64,000 bases of DNA from Coniocarpon cinnabarinum (taxonomy: Eukaryota), in contig JAVECO010000074.1 of assembly GCA_051942205.1 (NCBI GenBank), positions 1 to 64,000 of the forward strand, in the 5' to 3' direction. Position 1 is the first letter of the stretch. Every line of letters starts with the position of its first letter. Shown piece after piece: positions 1 to 12,403 of the stretch. Under the pieces are notes generated by a model that saw only the letters and a program-made list of their open reading frames with translations, had not been told where the DNA came from and did no database searches. The translations under genes and the position numbers were made by a program.

Positions 1-819
1 GGCCACCACCTCCCCCACCCACCATCCCAAGATGAAGAAGAAGGGGGACAAGAGGGCACCATAGAGATGGTGACGTTACTGTCGTAGATGAGTGGAGCGC
101 TGCTCATGACGATCAGAGACCTAGGGACTGGAATGAAAGCAAAGGGGGAAAGGAAAGAGGAGAAGAGAAACGATGGTCCAAGATGGTTGAGGGCGTACAG
201 TAACGGCGCGTCGGAGAATATGGTGAGCGGACAGGCGAGAAGCCACATGGAGCGGCGACACGCGAAGAGAAGCGGGGGAGTGTTTAAGTATTGCTTGGAC
301 GGTGAGTCTCTCTGATGCGGAGACGAAGGTGGTGGTCGAAGAGAGCGTTTGTTGACGGGCAGGCTGGTCGGCGGTCAGCCATCCACTCGAGATGCCGCAA
401 GGATGGCAAAAAGGGTCACACCGAATCTTTTCTTCGACACACCGTCCCATTGGAAACAACGGCCTTTCCTCCACCCCCGATCCATCAATCCATCAATCCA
501 CTCGACGCTTTTTGGCCCCATGCAAGGAGCATACCTGCACGATGCCCCCAAACTCTCTTTTCCGCGCGTCGCCGTCGTTGGCAGATCCCGCTCGGAGCTG
601 ATGCGAAATCCTGCCTCCCCCCGAGTCAGCCGCTCCACAAATCATCGTCTTGTGCGACTCGGGGCGTGGCATATCCCATCTGCGCCTCTGCTCCCTTTCG
701 GGAAAGCCTCTTCCATGACTGCGCCGTTCTGCAAGGGCAACACCATCTCTCCACAACCACTTCCTTGATGCTGCCGCCTTCAAACTGTAGCGTCGCAGTC
801 AAGAGGGCCACACTGCTTT

Positions 820-2040
820 TCACAATTCAATCTGACCCAACACCTCCAACTCGCGGCGCACCAGCTCGTCGAATTCCCCGCGCCCAATCCCCACGCCTTG
901 CGCCAATCGAAACAGGCTCTTCATCTCGTAGCTGATGTGCTGCTTCACGCTCGTCTCCGCCGCCGTCGACTGCTCAGACGATGACCGCTCCAACGCCGCC
1001 ACAATGGGCGAGGGTGGATCCCCGTTCGTCTGGTGTGGTTGCGGCATCGACGGCAGCCGTTGACTCGTCGGCATCGCCATGTCCGGCTGGCCATCCTGCT
1101 GTTCGATGGCGGCGTGGAGACTTCTGAAAATGTCCATGTCGTTGCGAGCAGTCGCATTTCGGTCGTGTGGTTGTCCGGCTTGTGTGGCTCCCAGTGCTCT
1201 CGCGCCCTCCTCCTCATCAGGGTCATGCGCATCCATGGCCGGCTGCACCTCCCCGTATCTTGCCAGGTAGTCTTGTTCTGACTGCCCTTGGTGATTGAAA
1301 ACGCTGGCGTTTCGGCTCGGCGCTGGCGTGCCTTTTCCTGGCGTGCGATCGTAAGATGCCCAGTAGTCGTCCTCATCGTCTTCGTTGGCGTTGTTCTCTG
1401 TGAGCGCCGCTGTGAAATGGCTGTTTGAGGCTTGTGTGGTGCGGACGCCGTTCATTGCATTCTGCATCGCCCTGCTCCGGTGTTCCGCTTCCGCGAGTGC
1501 CTCATGCCAGCCTTCCAGCTCGAGGTTTTCATCTCCTTCCAGGGGTACCACCTCAGCCAGTCGCCACGCGTCGTGTGCCATTCCGTTTGTGGTCCCTTCG
1601 AGCCCGACGCCACCAATGTCGTTGCTCGACCAGACGAACAAGAACCCCACGTGGTACTCATGAACGTCACATCGAGCCTGCACCGTCTCTTCATCGAGGC
1701 GTCGATACCATACCCTGCCGGCGTCAGGATCTGTGGTATCCTCAAACAGTTCCAGCTCTCCAGACACCGGATGTGGCTCCAACTGCAACCTTGACACGAT
1801 CTCGCTCAATCTCGCACCTCGTTCTGGCGACCAGGTGAGGAGCTTCAGCCATGACCCTTCCGAGGGGGGCTCGGTCGAGGGCGTTGTACTTGAAGCCAGG
1901 AGGTGGACGCGTTGTCGTAAGATAGGCGAGAGGAGTGGAAGAAGAGCAGGGGGTGGGCTGGGGGAGAAGAAGGCTGTGGGCAGACATGCAAGCACCGGCA
2001 AGATCAGGTCTCTCAGCTCGCTTGGCTGTATCGAGTGCAT
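820..2040 (-). CDS. Conserved fungal hypothetical protein (~406 aa), intronless
   Basis: Long ORF with ATG at 2040. The N-terminal LILPVLACLPTAFFSPSPPPALLPLLSPILRQRV, acidic DDEDDYWASYDRTPG and C-terminal VKQHISYEMKSLFRLAQGVGIGRGEF segments resemble an uncharacterised Pezizomycotina family (recognised from memory). Confidence 0.8.
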   Translation of the reverse strand: MHSIQPSELRDLILPVLACLPTAFFSPSPPPALLPLLSPILRQRVHLLASSTTPSTEPPSEGSWLKLLTWSPERGARLSEIVSRLQLEPHPVSGELELFEDTTDPDAGRVWYRRLDEETVQARCDVHEYHVGFLFVWSSNDIGGVGLEGTTNGMAHDAWRLAEVVPLEGDENLELEGWHEALAEAEHRSRAMQNAMNGVRTTQASNSHFTAALTENNANEDDEDDYWASYDRTPGKGTPAPSRNASVFNHQGQSEQDYLARYGEVQPAMDAHDPDEEEGARALGATQAGQPHDRNATARNDMDIFRSLHAAIEQQDGQPDMAMPTSQRLPSMPQPHQTNGDPPSPIVAALERSSSEQSTAAETSVKQHISYEMKSLFRLAQGVGIGRGEFDELVRRELEVLGQIEL

Positions 2041-3235
2041 GATGTTCCCAGAAGCTGCCTGAATCACGCAGAAAGAGCACGCGTCATAGCGGTTTCCAGA
2101 AATTCAAGGATGAAGACTGTGTTGCAAGTTAGTCGACAAGTCTGAAAAAGGCCGAGCAGTGCGATGCGGCAAAGGAGTCGCACTCCTACAAAACATCCGT
2201 ATCATGTGTGCGGACGTTCGCTGTTAGCACCTACCCGCCTTGCTGCTCTACATGTGAGCTGTCGATCATCACATGCAAACGTTCATGGGGCTTAGATGGT
2301 TCTGTGCAGGGAATATGTTACCTAGCCGCCGCCGTAAATGTCGCACGCAGGCACAGAGTCGCAAAGACGCTCGTGCTGGAGGTTTGGGTGAGGCTTCATC
2401 CTTGCCAAAGGCATGTCAAATATGCCTCTGTCCGGAGCCGTAGAGGCTGGGGGGGAAAGGGATGTGAATCAAAGCATCAATGGTGCGGACGAAGGGGGCG
2501 TGGGGTTTGTTGCAGGTTGTTCGGCGATCAGTCGGTCTCTTGGCCCGGCGCTATTCGTTGGTCGGAGCGGCATCGTCCGTATCTCATCGACCGCATTCGG
2601 TCTACAGAAAGCTTGCAACGACTTCACTTCCATTGTTCATCGCAGTATTGAATTCAAGAAAGGTTCCATGTACTCAAGCATTCCATGTAAAGGTCGTCAG
2701 TAGATCGATGAAATGTAGACTCTTCTCTCTTTCGCCACGATGTGTATTACGCAAAAGACCCAACCCCCAAACACGAATAGAGGCACAGGACGATCTCGCA
2801 CGATGTGGAAGTCCACTGGGACGAAAGGTCTTATATGCGGCAATGGGTATTACATTCCTCGGCTTGCTTTCATACACATCTATGGCAACGTCCATTGGGT
2901 CCCTGAACATCTCTAGATTCAGAACGAGCTGGCGCAAGTGCGAAGACTCTTTGCCATCCGTCTAAGCCAGGATGATGAGCAAGATCACAGGCAACAGAAC
3001 AAACCCTCAAGGCTGAATCATTTGCAGCGCCTGCGTAATTATCCCCAAATTACTCATTCCCGCGCCATCTCGAGAAATTCAGATCAGTGAATACAAAGAA
3101 AAGAATTCAACCGTCCCACGGCTCCGTGGTATTCCCTTTCCATACCTCATGCCTTGTTCATGACGCCTTTTTTGAATTGACCCGCAAAGCCCACGTGAAT
3201 CCAAGGTGGGTAAATTGACAATGATGGATAGGTAC

Positions 3236-4266
3236 TTATGCAAGGAGGGCCATGACGGCAACGACAGCTCCGGAGAGGACAGCGCTGATGCCGAAAGTGG
3301 AGGCGGCGGCACGGGCTGGGGAGGATGAATTGCCCGGGGCAGCAGGCGCAGAGCTGGAGCCAGAGCCGGAGTTGCCAGAGTTGCCAGAGTTGCTGGAAGA
3401 TGGAGTGGAGACTGGAGTACCAGCTGGAGCAGCTGGAGAAGCGCCAGCACCAGCACCAGCTCCGGGAGCAGCTGGGGAGGCAACTGGTGGGAGATAAGGA
3501 GCAGCTGGGGTGCCTAAAGGTACAATGTTAGCGCGACAATTCGACGGTGATTCCAGTGAAATTGAGTTCGACTTACCAGCGGGGCCAGCAGCAGGAGCGG
3601 CAGTGGTTCCAGCAGCGGGAGCAGCTGGAGCGGAAGTGGGAGCCTGAGGCTGGTTGTCGGAGATCTGAGAGATGGCAGAGCTAGCAGCTGGCGCAGAAGC
3701 CGCAGGAGCAGCTGGGGCTGGAACAGCAGCAGAGGAAGCAGCCGGTGCGGCAGGCGCAGAGGCCGCAGGAGCGGATGCCGCGGGTGCAGAGGCAGCTGGG
3801 GCAGATGCAGCAGGAGCGGAAGCCGCTGGAGCTGAGGCAGCCGGAGCAGAGGCCGCAGGAGCAGCCGGGGCAGCTGGAGCCTGGTACTTTGTTAATGAAA
3901 CCGTCCCTGATTGCGAGAAAATTCCCATTGATCTCTTACCGAGGAGTATGCGGCCGGAGCAGCGGGAGCAGACGCAGCGGGAGCAGAAGCCGCGGGAGCA
4001 GCTGGGGCAGGAGCGTAGCTGGCAGCCGGAGCGCTGGCTGCTGGCGCAGCAGGCGCAGAGGTTGGGGCTTGCGGCTGGCCGTCAGCGATCTGGAAGTCAT
4101 CGTGTTAGCCACATTGTCAATGAGCAACGCCAGACGGAGACGCGTGAAATTCCACTGAACAAGTCTCGCTCTGGTCGGTTGTATTTTCCTCCGCTAAACT
4201 GACCTGAGTGACCATCTGGCCGTAGGCCACGGAGACGAAAGCGGTTGCGATGAATGCGGCCTTCAT
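3236..4266 (-). CDS. GPI-anchored Ala/Pro-rich cell-wall protein with PIR repeats
   Basis: Four exons: 4266-4204, 4089-3940, 3880-3577, 3513-3236, all with GT-AG introns. Signal peptide MKAAFIATAFVSVAYG; two PIR-type repeats (TQIADGQPQA, split by intron 1, and SQISDNQPQA); many APAAS repeats; hydrophobic GPI signal STFGISAVLSGAVVAVMALLA*. Confidence 0.9.
3670..4050 (-). repeat. Coding tandem repeats (~15-nt unit encoding APAAS)
   Basis: Degenerate reiterated APAAS/APAAP codons in exons 2-3 of the cell-wall protein. Confidence 0.8.
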
Positions 4267-5389
4267 TTTGACGTTTGTTGTTGATGTCTGACGACTTGGA
4301 GAATGGCTGATTATTACTGGTTGGCTGAAGTGACCGACTTAAGGGTGAACCGTACAGCGACGCTGACGATATCAACAAATTATATGAGCGAAGTTGAACG
4401 AGAGTTTGTGTGATTGCCTTGGGAGGAAGTCTCGCAACAAGCAGCAGACAGGGAGCTTGGGTGTGGGTAAGCGTGAACGAACGTGAGGAAGGAGAAGAGG
4501 AGGAGGGAAGGGAAGTTTGGAATGTTAAAGAGAGGAATTTGAAGAGGAAGGGGAAAGGCCAGCAAAGGCGGCTTGGCGAGCGGCGCACGGACGTTTGCTT
4601 GCGAGGTGGATTTCAGGGGGATGGCGTGGATGGAACTAGCTCGCTTTAATTTTGCGCTGCCAGGTTTCATGATTTTCTTCTGTCCAGCGCTGGAGCAGGC
4701 AGGCGCCTCGTATCACATGCTGCCACAGACACAGACGCGCGGTGCAGAAAGGAAGCTTCTCGATCTCCCTGTGTGAGGGCCCCGTCTAACCGCCTCGTTG
4801 CATCCTCACACCGCCCGGCCTGTCTCCTCCCACTGCTGGCCTTCCCCTGCCTGCGCCATTTGACAGTGGCACTGGATGCTTGAAATATCTCACGTCTCCC
4901 AGCAGCGCCTCGGACGAGTGCCGATACTTTGCTCAGAGGTAATTACAAGGTCCAGCAGAGTCATCCCTTGCTCGTCTTTGTTGATCTGCCAGGAACGACC
5001 TGCGGAAACGGGTCCGATGCAAGGTACCCGCTCTCTAGCCTGGCCGCCCATGGCCGACCAATGATGATGAATACGAATTCAACCGACATACATAGCTACT
5101 CAATGCAGTATCTCTGCAGGCCTCCCTCCTGCCGATGCCGTTTCACAAGCGCCGGCGGCGGTATTGCATCCGTCCAATGGGAGGTCTGGCCACCTTTTAG
5201 CCGTCGCTCTGTAACGATGGGTGGTTGCCCCCTAAACCGTGCAGCTCATCAGAAAAACTCATTGTTTGTCCAAGTTTCCCTGGTCCGTGGAGTAGGCAGG
5301 TAGTCCACAGAGCCGGCACTGCCACTAAGATTTATTGATCATCTTCGTCAACGCCCAACAAGTCTCCTGGCTGGATGATCGTGATCGGC

Positions 5390-6090
5390 TTACGGCATCC
5401 CCGTGTTGTGGCTCGGGCGTGGCGAGTTCGTTGCTGTGTCGAAGGCGAGGAAAGTTGCGGGCGGGTGCGGGAGCGTGTCGTGCGCGTCTCGACTTGCGAC
5501 AAGGTGCTGACTCTGCCTCGCAAAACGGTCTCGTAACGCGCGGGAGATGGCCATAGCAACATCTGTTATCACGCAGCCCTTCCCGCGTCTGGCCCTCTGG
5601 CAAAGTTGCGACGTTGTAAGCGTCGCTCAATTGCCAGCAATGACCATTGCAGGGATTTTGGTAAGAAGAATGGATTGCTCGCAATGATTACCCTAGGCGT
5701 GACGGTACTGGAATCCTCTTGCACACGTCAGAGGATTCTCCGGCCATTCCTCCGCCTTCACTTCATGCACATCCAAGGGAACAGTGAAAGAGCCTGCTGC
5801 TATGTATAGCTTTCGCCCAGTCAATACCTGGGTGGTTCACACTACGGAGGTATCTGACCTGCCAGATCCCTTTGCAGCTACCTACCTGCCATCTCTCCTG
5901 CCTGACCGTGCTCTCATTGCTCCTTGGCTTGGCGTATGCTGATCAAGGGATTGGCTGCTTGAAGTCTATCCGCTCTGCTGGAGGTTTCAGATTCAGCCTC
6001 TTTGCAAGCTATGGCAGTTCTGAGCTCCAGCTCTTGCTGCAGCTCGAGGTTGCTGTAACTACGGGAGCAGAATGAGGGTCCGTCTGACAT
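5390..6090 (-). pseudogene. Possible degraded gene (in-frame stops, one intron-like segment)
   Basis: ATG at 6090 opens 58 codons (MSDGPSF...RQAKEQ) to TGA at 5916-5914. The frame continues to a GTAGGT donor-like site, and the spliced continuation has further stops. No recognisable domain. Confidence 0.2.
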
Positions 6091-6330
6091 CATTGGAACC
6101 GTTCTTTCAAACGCGTTGCTTCATTACTTCTTGCGATACATACTATGGTACATGGGCTATAGGTAATCGCGCTGCTACTCAATTCACATGGCTTTCGTAT
6201 AATGAACGTCAGCAGCAGCAGCAGTAACGAGTCACTCATAAAAACGTCGTCTCATTATCATACATCATGTCACATCTTCATACATGGCTACTACTCGAGA
6301 AGCGGTCCTTCACAATTTTTCGCCCAGTCT

Positions 6331-9300
6331 TCAGCGTTTCTGCTGAACAATGCTGCTTCGCCGTCGCCGTGCAGTCTCCGCTCGACTGATCATTCCCGGA
6401 TACAACTTGGGTTCTCCATCGTCGAGTTTGCTTGTTGCGTCATTCCCCACAAGTCCAGCCTGTTCTGGTCGAGCTGAACTTGGTAGGGTCCCACCATCAG
6501 CACTCTCATACGACTCAGAACCTTTGGGATCCAGTCTGCTATGTTTTCCCTGCAGACTGCCCGCAGAATGTGGCGGCAGCATAGAGCTGGGCAGACGTGT
6601 GAACGAACCGCTCAGCGGTATGGTTTGATCTTTGGGCAGCGTTGCTGAGGGATGTGTGAGCACCGAGACGTCTGCAGACGGAGAGCGCGCTATCTTTTGA
6701 CTGGAATGCGGCGAGGGTAGATTGGACGACAGCAGCGGCTGCGCATCTTCTCGCGAAGCATACCTGTCGATCATGGCGAGCTCTTGCGTCCAAGTCTCAT
6801 ACCGAAACGCCTCTCGAATGTCTGGAACATTACTCTTCGCAGTGTTGTTTCCTGCCACGCCCGCTAAGTGATAATTGTTACCAAGCCAATGCTGCTTGAT
6901 GCTGTGCTCGAAGCCACTCTGCTCAACCGAATGCTTGGCCAGCTCACACATGTCTACAGCACTAAGCTTGTAGATCTGTGCTGCGACTGAGTATTCTTCA
7001 ATCAGCGGCTCTTTCGTGAATGCAAACTGAAGAGGGTCATCGGTCGAGAGGGATACATTCAGTCCGCGCCTGAAGTACGACAGAAACGGATTCCGCTCAT
7101 ACGAAAGGAACAAGGCGTTGTTGGACAGCGGGGACATTGCAATGCCGATTTGCTCGAGGTAGAAGATGTATTGAAGCAGTGGCACTTTCCTCAAAAGCAG
7201 ACCATGACTGATGCTGTGGCAACACAGGACAGCCGCTGCTAGGTGGTCTGTGTCACCAGCCTCGCCACAATGCGGCCGCAGCAAGAACGTGTTGAAGCCT
7301 CTCTGCTTTCTCCAGACATTTAATGAGGCCATATTGGAGAAGAGAAAATATATCCAATAGCTGTAAGGTGGGTTCTGTTTCGTACTCCAGTCTCGAGGCA
7401 AGGGAAACTTCCGGTAGATGCGCCTCTCTGGTTTGCTTTCGTCATCAACACTGTCAAATCCGATCACACGTTGCAGGAATACATGCAACTTTGGGTGTGA
7501 GCTTGGATCCTTGGTCACTTCAAAAAGAGGCTGGAAAAGGTTGATCAGTATTTGCTCAAAGCTATTCATAAGTCCAGTTGCTTTGTAGACGTCATACAGA
7601 CGAGGCACTTGTATCAGCCAGCGGACATTGTGTGAATACAACTTGTTGTCGACAACCCATGCGGCGAGCTTGTCCCACTCATCGGGTGAGCGACCGTATA
7701 TGGATATTCTCCACTCCACAAATTGGTATTTGCTGGACTCCAGATCTGAGATGACTTCTTTGGTGATATCTGCCAGATACCGACCCTGAATGTCATTGTC
7801 AGTCTTGAGGAAGATTGTCCGCAGTCGAGACTCCCCGACCGGGTTGTATTTCAGATTGAACTTGTCGAAGCGATGGAAAGTATCAGTGTGGGCGTGCATA
7901 TCTAAAGTGTCGATGCTCAGCTCGTATGCTGTTAAGTTTAGACTCTCGAACACCTCGCGTAAGGTGAGCATCTTGCCATCCCTGTAAATCACTGGCTCAT
8001 CTGGGGACTTTCTCATTTTACTCTTGATGAACCGCAGGAGATGCTTTTGGTTCATGCACGCAGAATGATGAACGTGTGTGTCCACTTTTCGCACATTGTA
8101 GAAGTCCCTATGAGGTACCTTCTTGCTATCGGCCATCTCCTGATACTCGTGCAGCAGACCGTACAGGTTGAACTTGCCTTCAAGATATTGCAAGCGCCGG
8201 AAAGAGAAGCTCTTTGTAGGGCCGTCCGACGACGCTTGGAGGATGGTATCAAGGTCCATGTAGAACTCACGTATTGTTGGAATGTGGACAATAGGTTCGT
8301 CCATCTCCAGCGATTTCGCGGTCTCATAGACTTGATAGACGCCGCTGCTATCCAACTTGAACGACATTTCGCTTGCCTCGGGTAAAGGTAGCAGATCTTC
8401 AAATTCAAAGTCTTCGCCAATATTCTGTCCTTGTTTGCGTTTAGTCCTAGGAGATCGCAGCTGCGACGTGCCGTCTCTATTGTCGCTGAGTCTCTCTTGT
8501 TCCTGATGATCCCAGACTGGCTGAGGTGGTGGGGGGTATATTTTCCAATCTGGCGCATCCTTGGGATTATCGAGTGATCGCTGCAGAGACAGCCTTAAGT
8601 ACTTGTGGCGAATGTCGAGCACCTTAGTGATTTCAGTGTAAATGGCACGTAGTTCAGATTCAATATATGAGTCGCCGGCTGATAGACTATCGAAACTCGA
8701 TCCAAGAATTTCGCTGGCGTTGGCTACACCCGGTGGCAAGTTCGTCGTCTGACCCGGTCGAAGATCGCGAGGCGGAGCAGTTGGTGCATATTTTGCTGAT
8801 GAATGGCCATCGCGAACACCATCATCCAATTCGGCGTCGTCCTCGTCAATGGTTGAGTCAGTCCATTGTTTGTCACTGTCCTTAGTCCTAGGAGCTTGAC
8901 CCAGCGTAATGCCGTCTCGAGAAAGTCCGACCGGTAGAGCAGATCTGTATTGCGTTACTGGACTCTGTTGAGCAACGGTGCCGACGCGGTGACGACCTGT
9001 TGCATTGGATGATTGAGAATGCTCGACTCCATAGTTGACCGGAAAAGTCCTAGCCCGAGCTAAGGGGCTGCTGCCTTCGTGCGGTTGAGATGAACCATCA
9101 CCCTGCGTTTCCATTTTGTGACGTTGGTAGAGTTGTTTCGCTTCAGTGTGACTCAGTTGCCTCTCACTCGCAGGGTCATAGAATGCAGTCTTGCGCTGCC
9201 TGTCCCTGGGCAGCGTTTCCTCTTTGTAAGCCGCGGCTTCACTTCTGTCATCCAGCTCACGATTAGGATCACTTGTTTGGTGAGCTCGCGGTGTGGTCGC

Positions 9301-9408
9301 GAGTGGTTCAGGTTCAGAAAAGTCGGAATCATCGCGTTCAGGTGACGATTCAGGGCGATTTTGGAGCTCATCGTCAGAGTTGTGGCCGTTTGCAAAGTGT
9401 GAAGACAT
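6331..9408 (-). CDS. AMD1: AMP deaminase
   Basis: ~1025-aa intronless ORF with [51 protein letters not shown] and the [10 protein letters not shown] catalytic signature. Confidence 0.98.
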   Translation of the reverse strand: MSSHFANGHNSDDELQNRPESSPERDDSDFSEPEPLATTPRAHQTSDPNRELDDRSEAAAYKEETLPRDRQRKTAFYDPASERQLSHTEAKQLYQRHKMETQGDGSSQPHEGSSPLARARTFPVNYGVEHSQSSNATGRHRVGTVAQQSPVTQYRSALPVGLSRDGITLGQAPRTKDSDKQWTDSTIDEDDAELDDGVRDGHSSAKYAPTAPPRDLRPGQTTNLPPGVANASEILGSSFDSLSAGDSYIESELRAIYTEITKVLDIRHKYLRLSLQRSLDNPKDAPDWKIYPPPPQPVWDHQEQERLSDNRDGTSQLRSPRTKRKQGQNIGEDFEFEDLLPLPEASEMSFKLDSSGVYQVYETAKSLEMDEPIVHIPTIREFYMDLDTILQASSDGPTKSFSFRRLQYLEGKFNLYGLLHEYQEMADSKKVPHRDFYNVRKVDTHVHHSACMNQKHLLRFIKSKMRKSPDEPVIYRDGKMLTLREVFESLNLTAYELSIDTLDMHAHTDTFHRFDKFNLKYNPVGESRLRTIFLKTDNDIQGRYLADITKEVISDLESSKYQFVEWRISIYGRSPDEWDKLAAWVVDNKLYSHNVRWLIQVPRLYDVYKATGLMNSFEQILINLFQPLFEVTKDPSSHPKLHVFLQRVIGFDSVDDESKPERRIYRKFPLPRDWSTKQNPPYSYWIYFLFSNMASLNVWRKQRGFNTFLLRPHCGEAGDTDHLAAAVLCCHSISHGLLLRKVPLLQYIFYLEQIGIAMSPLSNNALFLSYERNPFLSYFRRGLNVSLSTDDPLQFAFTKEPLIEEYSVAAQIYKLSAVDMCELAKHSVEQSGFEHSIKQHWLGNNYHLAGVAGNNTAKSNVPDIREAFRYETWTQELAMIDRYASREDAQPLLSSNLPSPHSSQKIARSPSADVSVLTHPSATLPKDQTIPLSGSFTRLPSSMLPPHSAGSLQGKHSRLDPKGSESYESADGGTLPSSARPEQAGLVGNDATSKLDDGEPKLYPGMISRAETARRRRSSIVQQKR

Positions 9409-9621
9409 CACGTCGTTCGCAGTACTTGAATAACCTGTCCAGATCCAGATGTGAGCCCGTTAGATCCGGGATACATTGACTGATTGATTGAGGATACTCT
9501 TAGTAGCACACAGCTACAACATGGCACGACTTGAACAGATCCGAGTATGTGTCTCTGATGTCATTCCTAGAAAAGTGAACTTGAAGCAATGGGCAACGTT
9601 CCGAAGATAGTAAAGCACAAG

Positions 9622-9761
9622 TGAGTCACGTGAGTCACGTATGCCGAGTCCTGCTTATCTTACAAAACGCTGTGTTCTTTGTGACTCAGAGCACATCCAA
9701 GTGAGGCCCTGAAATAGTGTCACAAGACCTCTGGCCGCTGCATTACGCTGAAATCACGTGA
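9622..9761. promoter_or_regulatory. Cluster of TGASTCA (Gcn4/CpcA-type; contains Bas1-type TGACTC core) and TCACGTGA E-box motifs upstream of AMP deaminase
   Basis: TGAGTCA at 9622-9628 and 9631-9637, TGACTCA at 9682-9688, TCACGTGA at 9626-9633 and 9754-9761; 210-350 nt upstream of the AMD1 ATG. Confidence 0.4.
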
Positions 9762-10439
9762 TCTTCGTCTCCACTGCAGGCGTGTTTTCCTCGCTCCTCC
9801 GTTTCGCCAGGTTGACGAGCAGTCGTGCAAACAATGGCGGCAACGATGCACCGTCAAAGAGGATGGTCACAGGCGTTCTGAGAATCTGCTACACCTTGAA
9901 ACCACCCACACACTACCACGCTACTCACACGTAACAGCTCTGACGAAGCTTAAACAGTGTTGATAATGTCATGCCATTTCGAACATGGAAAATACTACAT
10001 ACGCAGACGCGTCGCTCATCAGCCGATACGGCGATCAAAGATAGACAACAGTTGGATGCTCTCTCAGCGAAAGACAATCTAGCTGACATCGAGGTCTCTC
10101 CTAATCCAGGCACTCCAATAGTACGGCGTGACCGCATTCGGCTGCAGGCGAGTTTCAAGTCCAACCAAAGTCAACGATGGCTGGAAAAGGCGCTTTCGTG
10201 TAAGTGTGGCGACAGTTGCCGTTGTGATATCGTCGATGCTTCCCAAAGCATGTCGAGTCAAGGGCGACCAAGTTAACGTGATCTGCGACTGCCACCCGTG
10301 CGACTCGTGCGACTCGTGCCACCCCTATCTTCTGCGTATTTTGGTGAAAGCATATGATGGGTGTCTGGGTCTGTTCAAAGTAGTTAGACCCATGGCACTT
10401 TCGACGGAAATGGAAGGGCAATGACTACACGTAAAGAAA

Positions 10440-11824
10440 TCAGGACTTACCAAACGTGCCAATGCTCCTGCCGAAGGGTGGCATCTGGATCCCTGGACGT
10501 TCCCTGGGAAGCGTCGGCAGCGGCTTGCTCCGATTTGCTCCGCTGGTGCTTGGCCCTCCGCCAGATGGTGTTGGTGGCAAGTCCTTGTTCAAGTTGGGAT
10601 TCTTCTTCTTTCCCTTCTTCTTTCTCTTCTTCTCTGGAACGTCTGTAAAACACATTGTAGGGTCTTCGAGTTTAGTGGCTGGCTACCTTTTATTTGCTGA
10701 GATTGATTGCTGGCGACACTAGTGTTATTGGGATTTCGTACTTTCAACAAAGATGCGATCCGGGTGAGTCTTAAGTAAGGTCCATGTTTGTTGACCGGCA
10801 AGGCAAAGAAGCTGATATGTTCTTGGAAGTTGGTCACTGCAATCAGCGAAGGACTGAGCCATGTAGCAAACAGGATTTGAGTCTATCGGGTCAATGACAA
10901 GGCCAAGTCGTGCCAACGTGGAGCTGGGCAGCGGGGAAACACTCAACAAACGTGAGTGTTTGTGGTGCTAAGTGCGCATTGCCCGCATATGCAAAGCCCT
11001 AGTGTAATGATGCTGACCACTGGAAGAACTGTGAGAACTGATGTTTTTCCTCGCCGATGAAATAAGCTTTTGAAGCCTTAGAGATCTACTCGTCTGTCTC
11101 AGTAGACGACCTAGTCTGAGCCGTAGCGAGCGCGCCCAGCGTGATATCGGGTTTTGATTTGCCAATGTTTGAGCATCATGGTGCCTGTGCGGCCCATGAA
11201 TTCCTGGAATTCGTTTACTTGTTTGTTCCGGAGAGTCGCGCAGCAGGTCCGTTTGGGCCGCTCTTGACCTTGTGCATCGGCAAACAACGTATGACAGTGC
11301 AGTCCGAGAGTATTCGCCAGCTACTTCTTGCCTCCCAGGGTCTCAGAGTCCGGCTCACTTTGGAGAGCGTGCGCGACTGAATTGGGTTTGTCTCGCTTGT
11401 GGTCCTTGTAGCTGCCTTCAGAACGACAACGTTAGCATGCAAGATTCAAAGTTGGTAGCTGTACAAACGCGATAGTCTGGTTTGTGAGCTCGGTGAGTTA
11501 GGCACGCTCACCACGTATTTCGTCACTCTGTCCAGCTGCATCCCTCGTGTTACTGGGTTCGTTGTCACGATGTTGTCATTGTGGGTTGCTTGCAACTGGG
11601 TGCATGCGGAGCGGATGATCTTGGCCGGGTACCGCTCCGTGCAGGTGTGACCGGTCTACCTCGTCCCTTTGATCTTCCAGAGATGTGCTTGTCTGGTTGC
11701 CTGGAAGATCTGGACGAGGTAGAACCGGCCCTCGCTCTCTATGAACTGGAGCGTTGTTGAGCTGAGGAGGAGTATCCTGTGCTGTTGATTGATTAGCGAA
11801 ACGTTCACGAAATCGGTTGAGCAT
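10440..11824 (-). pseudogene. Degenerate multi-exon gene of unknown function with premature stops
   Basis: ATG at 11824 (MLNRFRERFANQ...). TGA at 11578-11576 is followed by an in-frame continuation to intron 11511-11416 (GTGAGC...GCTAAC...AAG). More stops follow (TAG 11323-11321). Downstream exon-like piece DVPEKKRKKKGKKKNPNLNKDLPPTP...GTFG ends at GTAAGT. Confidence 0.35.
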
Positions 11825-12403
11825 TGTCAATGTTTCTTCAGTTCTATGGCCACAATGTGTTAATGTGTTGTGAGGGGAAGAGAAAGAGGAAGAGTGTAAA
11901 AGTGGGCGGCTATAGGGCTTAAGTATTGCCGCCGACTAGTTTGCTCAAGGACAAAGGCAAGAAACATGTGTAAATTGTACATGAGTCATCCTATGCAGGT
12001 TGAAGGTGGAAACAGCAGCTCTCCGGAGTCTACGTAAACAGTCAAGGCTCTGAAACGACAAAGTCCGCCTCAAGAAGAACAGAGCTATTGGTAGGCCCAC
12101 GACACGTTTCAAATCATTGATGACATAGACTGATACAGGATATCTAGCTCTGATATTGCACATGAGACTCAATCATACATACCATCGAAACAAATTCCCA
12201 GAAATCAACCTCGCCCACACTCTACAGACAGTCTCTTATGACTCACAAGTGGGACCGCCAGCATGTGAAAGGTCTCGTCAATTCACTCAAGCGTTCGAAG
12301 CCTCCTCAAGCGTCTCAAACATTTTCGTTGTGTTGCCTTGCCAAAATGTCTCCCACACCGCCCACCAAGCTCCACAACTCCACATCATTCTCCCATGCTC
12401 GTT

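Noticed and set aside
1..107. Possible first exon of a minus-strand gene (ATG 107, MSSAPLIYDSNVTISM...) running off the window
   Set aside because: Too short to identify or to distinguish from chance; the rest lies outside the window.
2200..3000. Several 90-160 aa ORFs on both strands
   Set aside because: Mostly non-ATG starts, no motifs and no coherent splice model.
9971..10330. CKCGDSCRC and CDCHPCDSCDSCHP metallothionein-like strings
   Set aside because: They lie in different frames and the second arises from a 9-bp tandem repeat; no supportable gene model.
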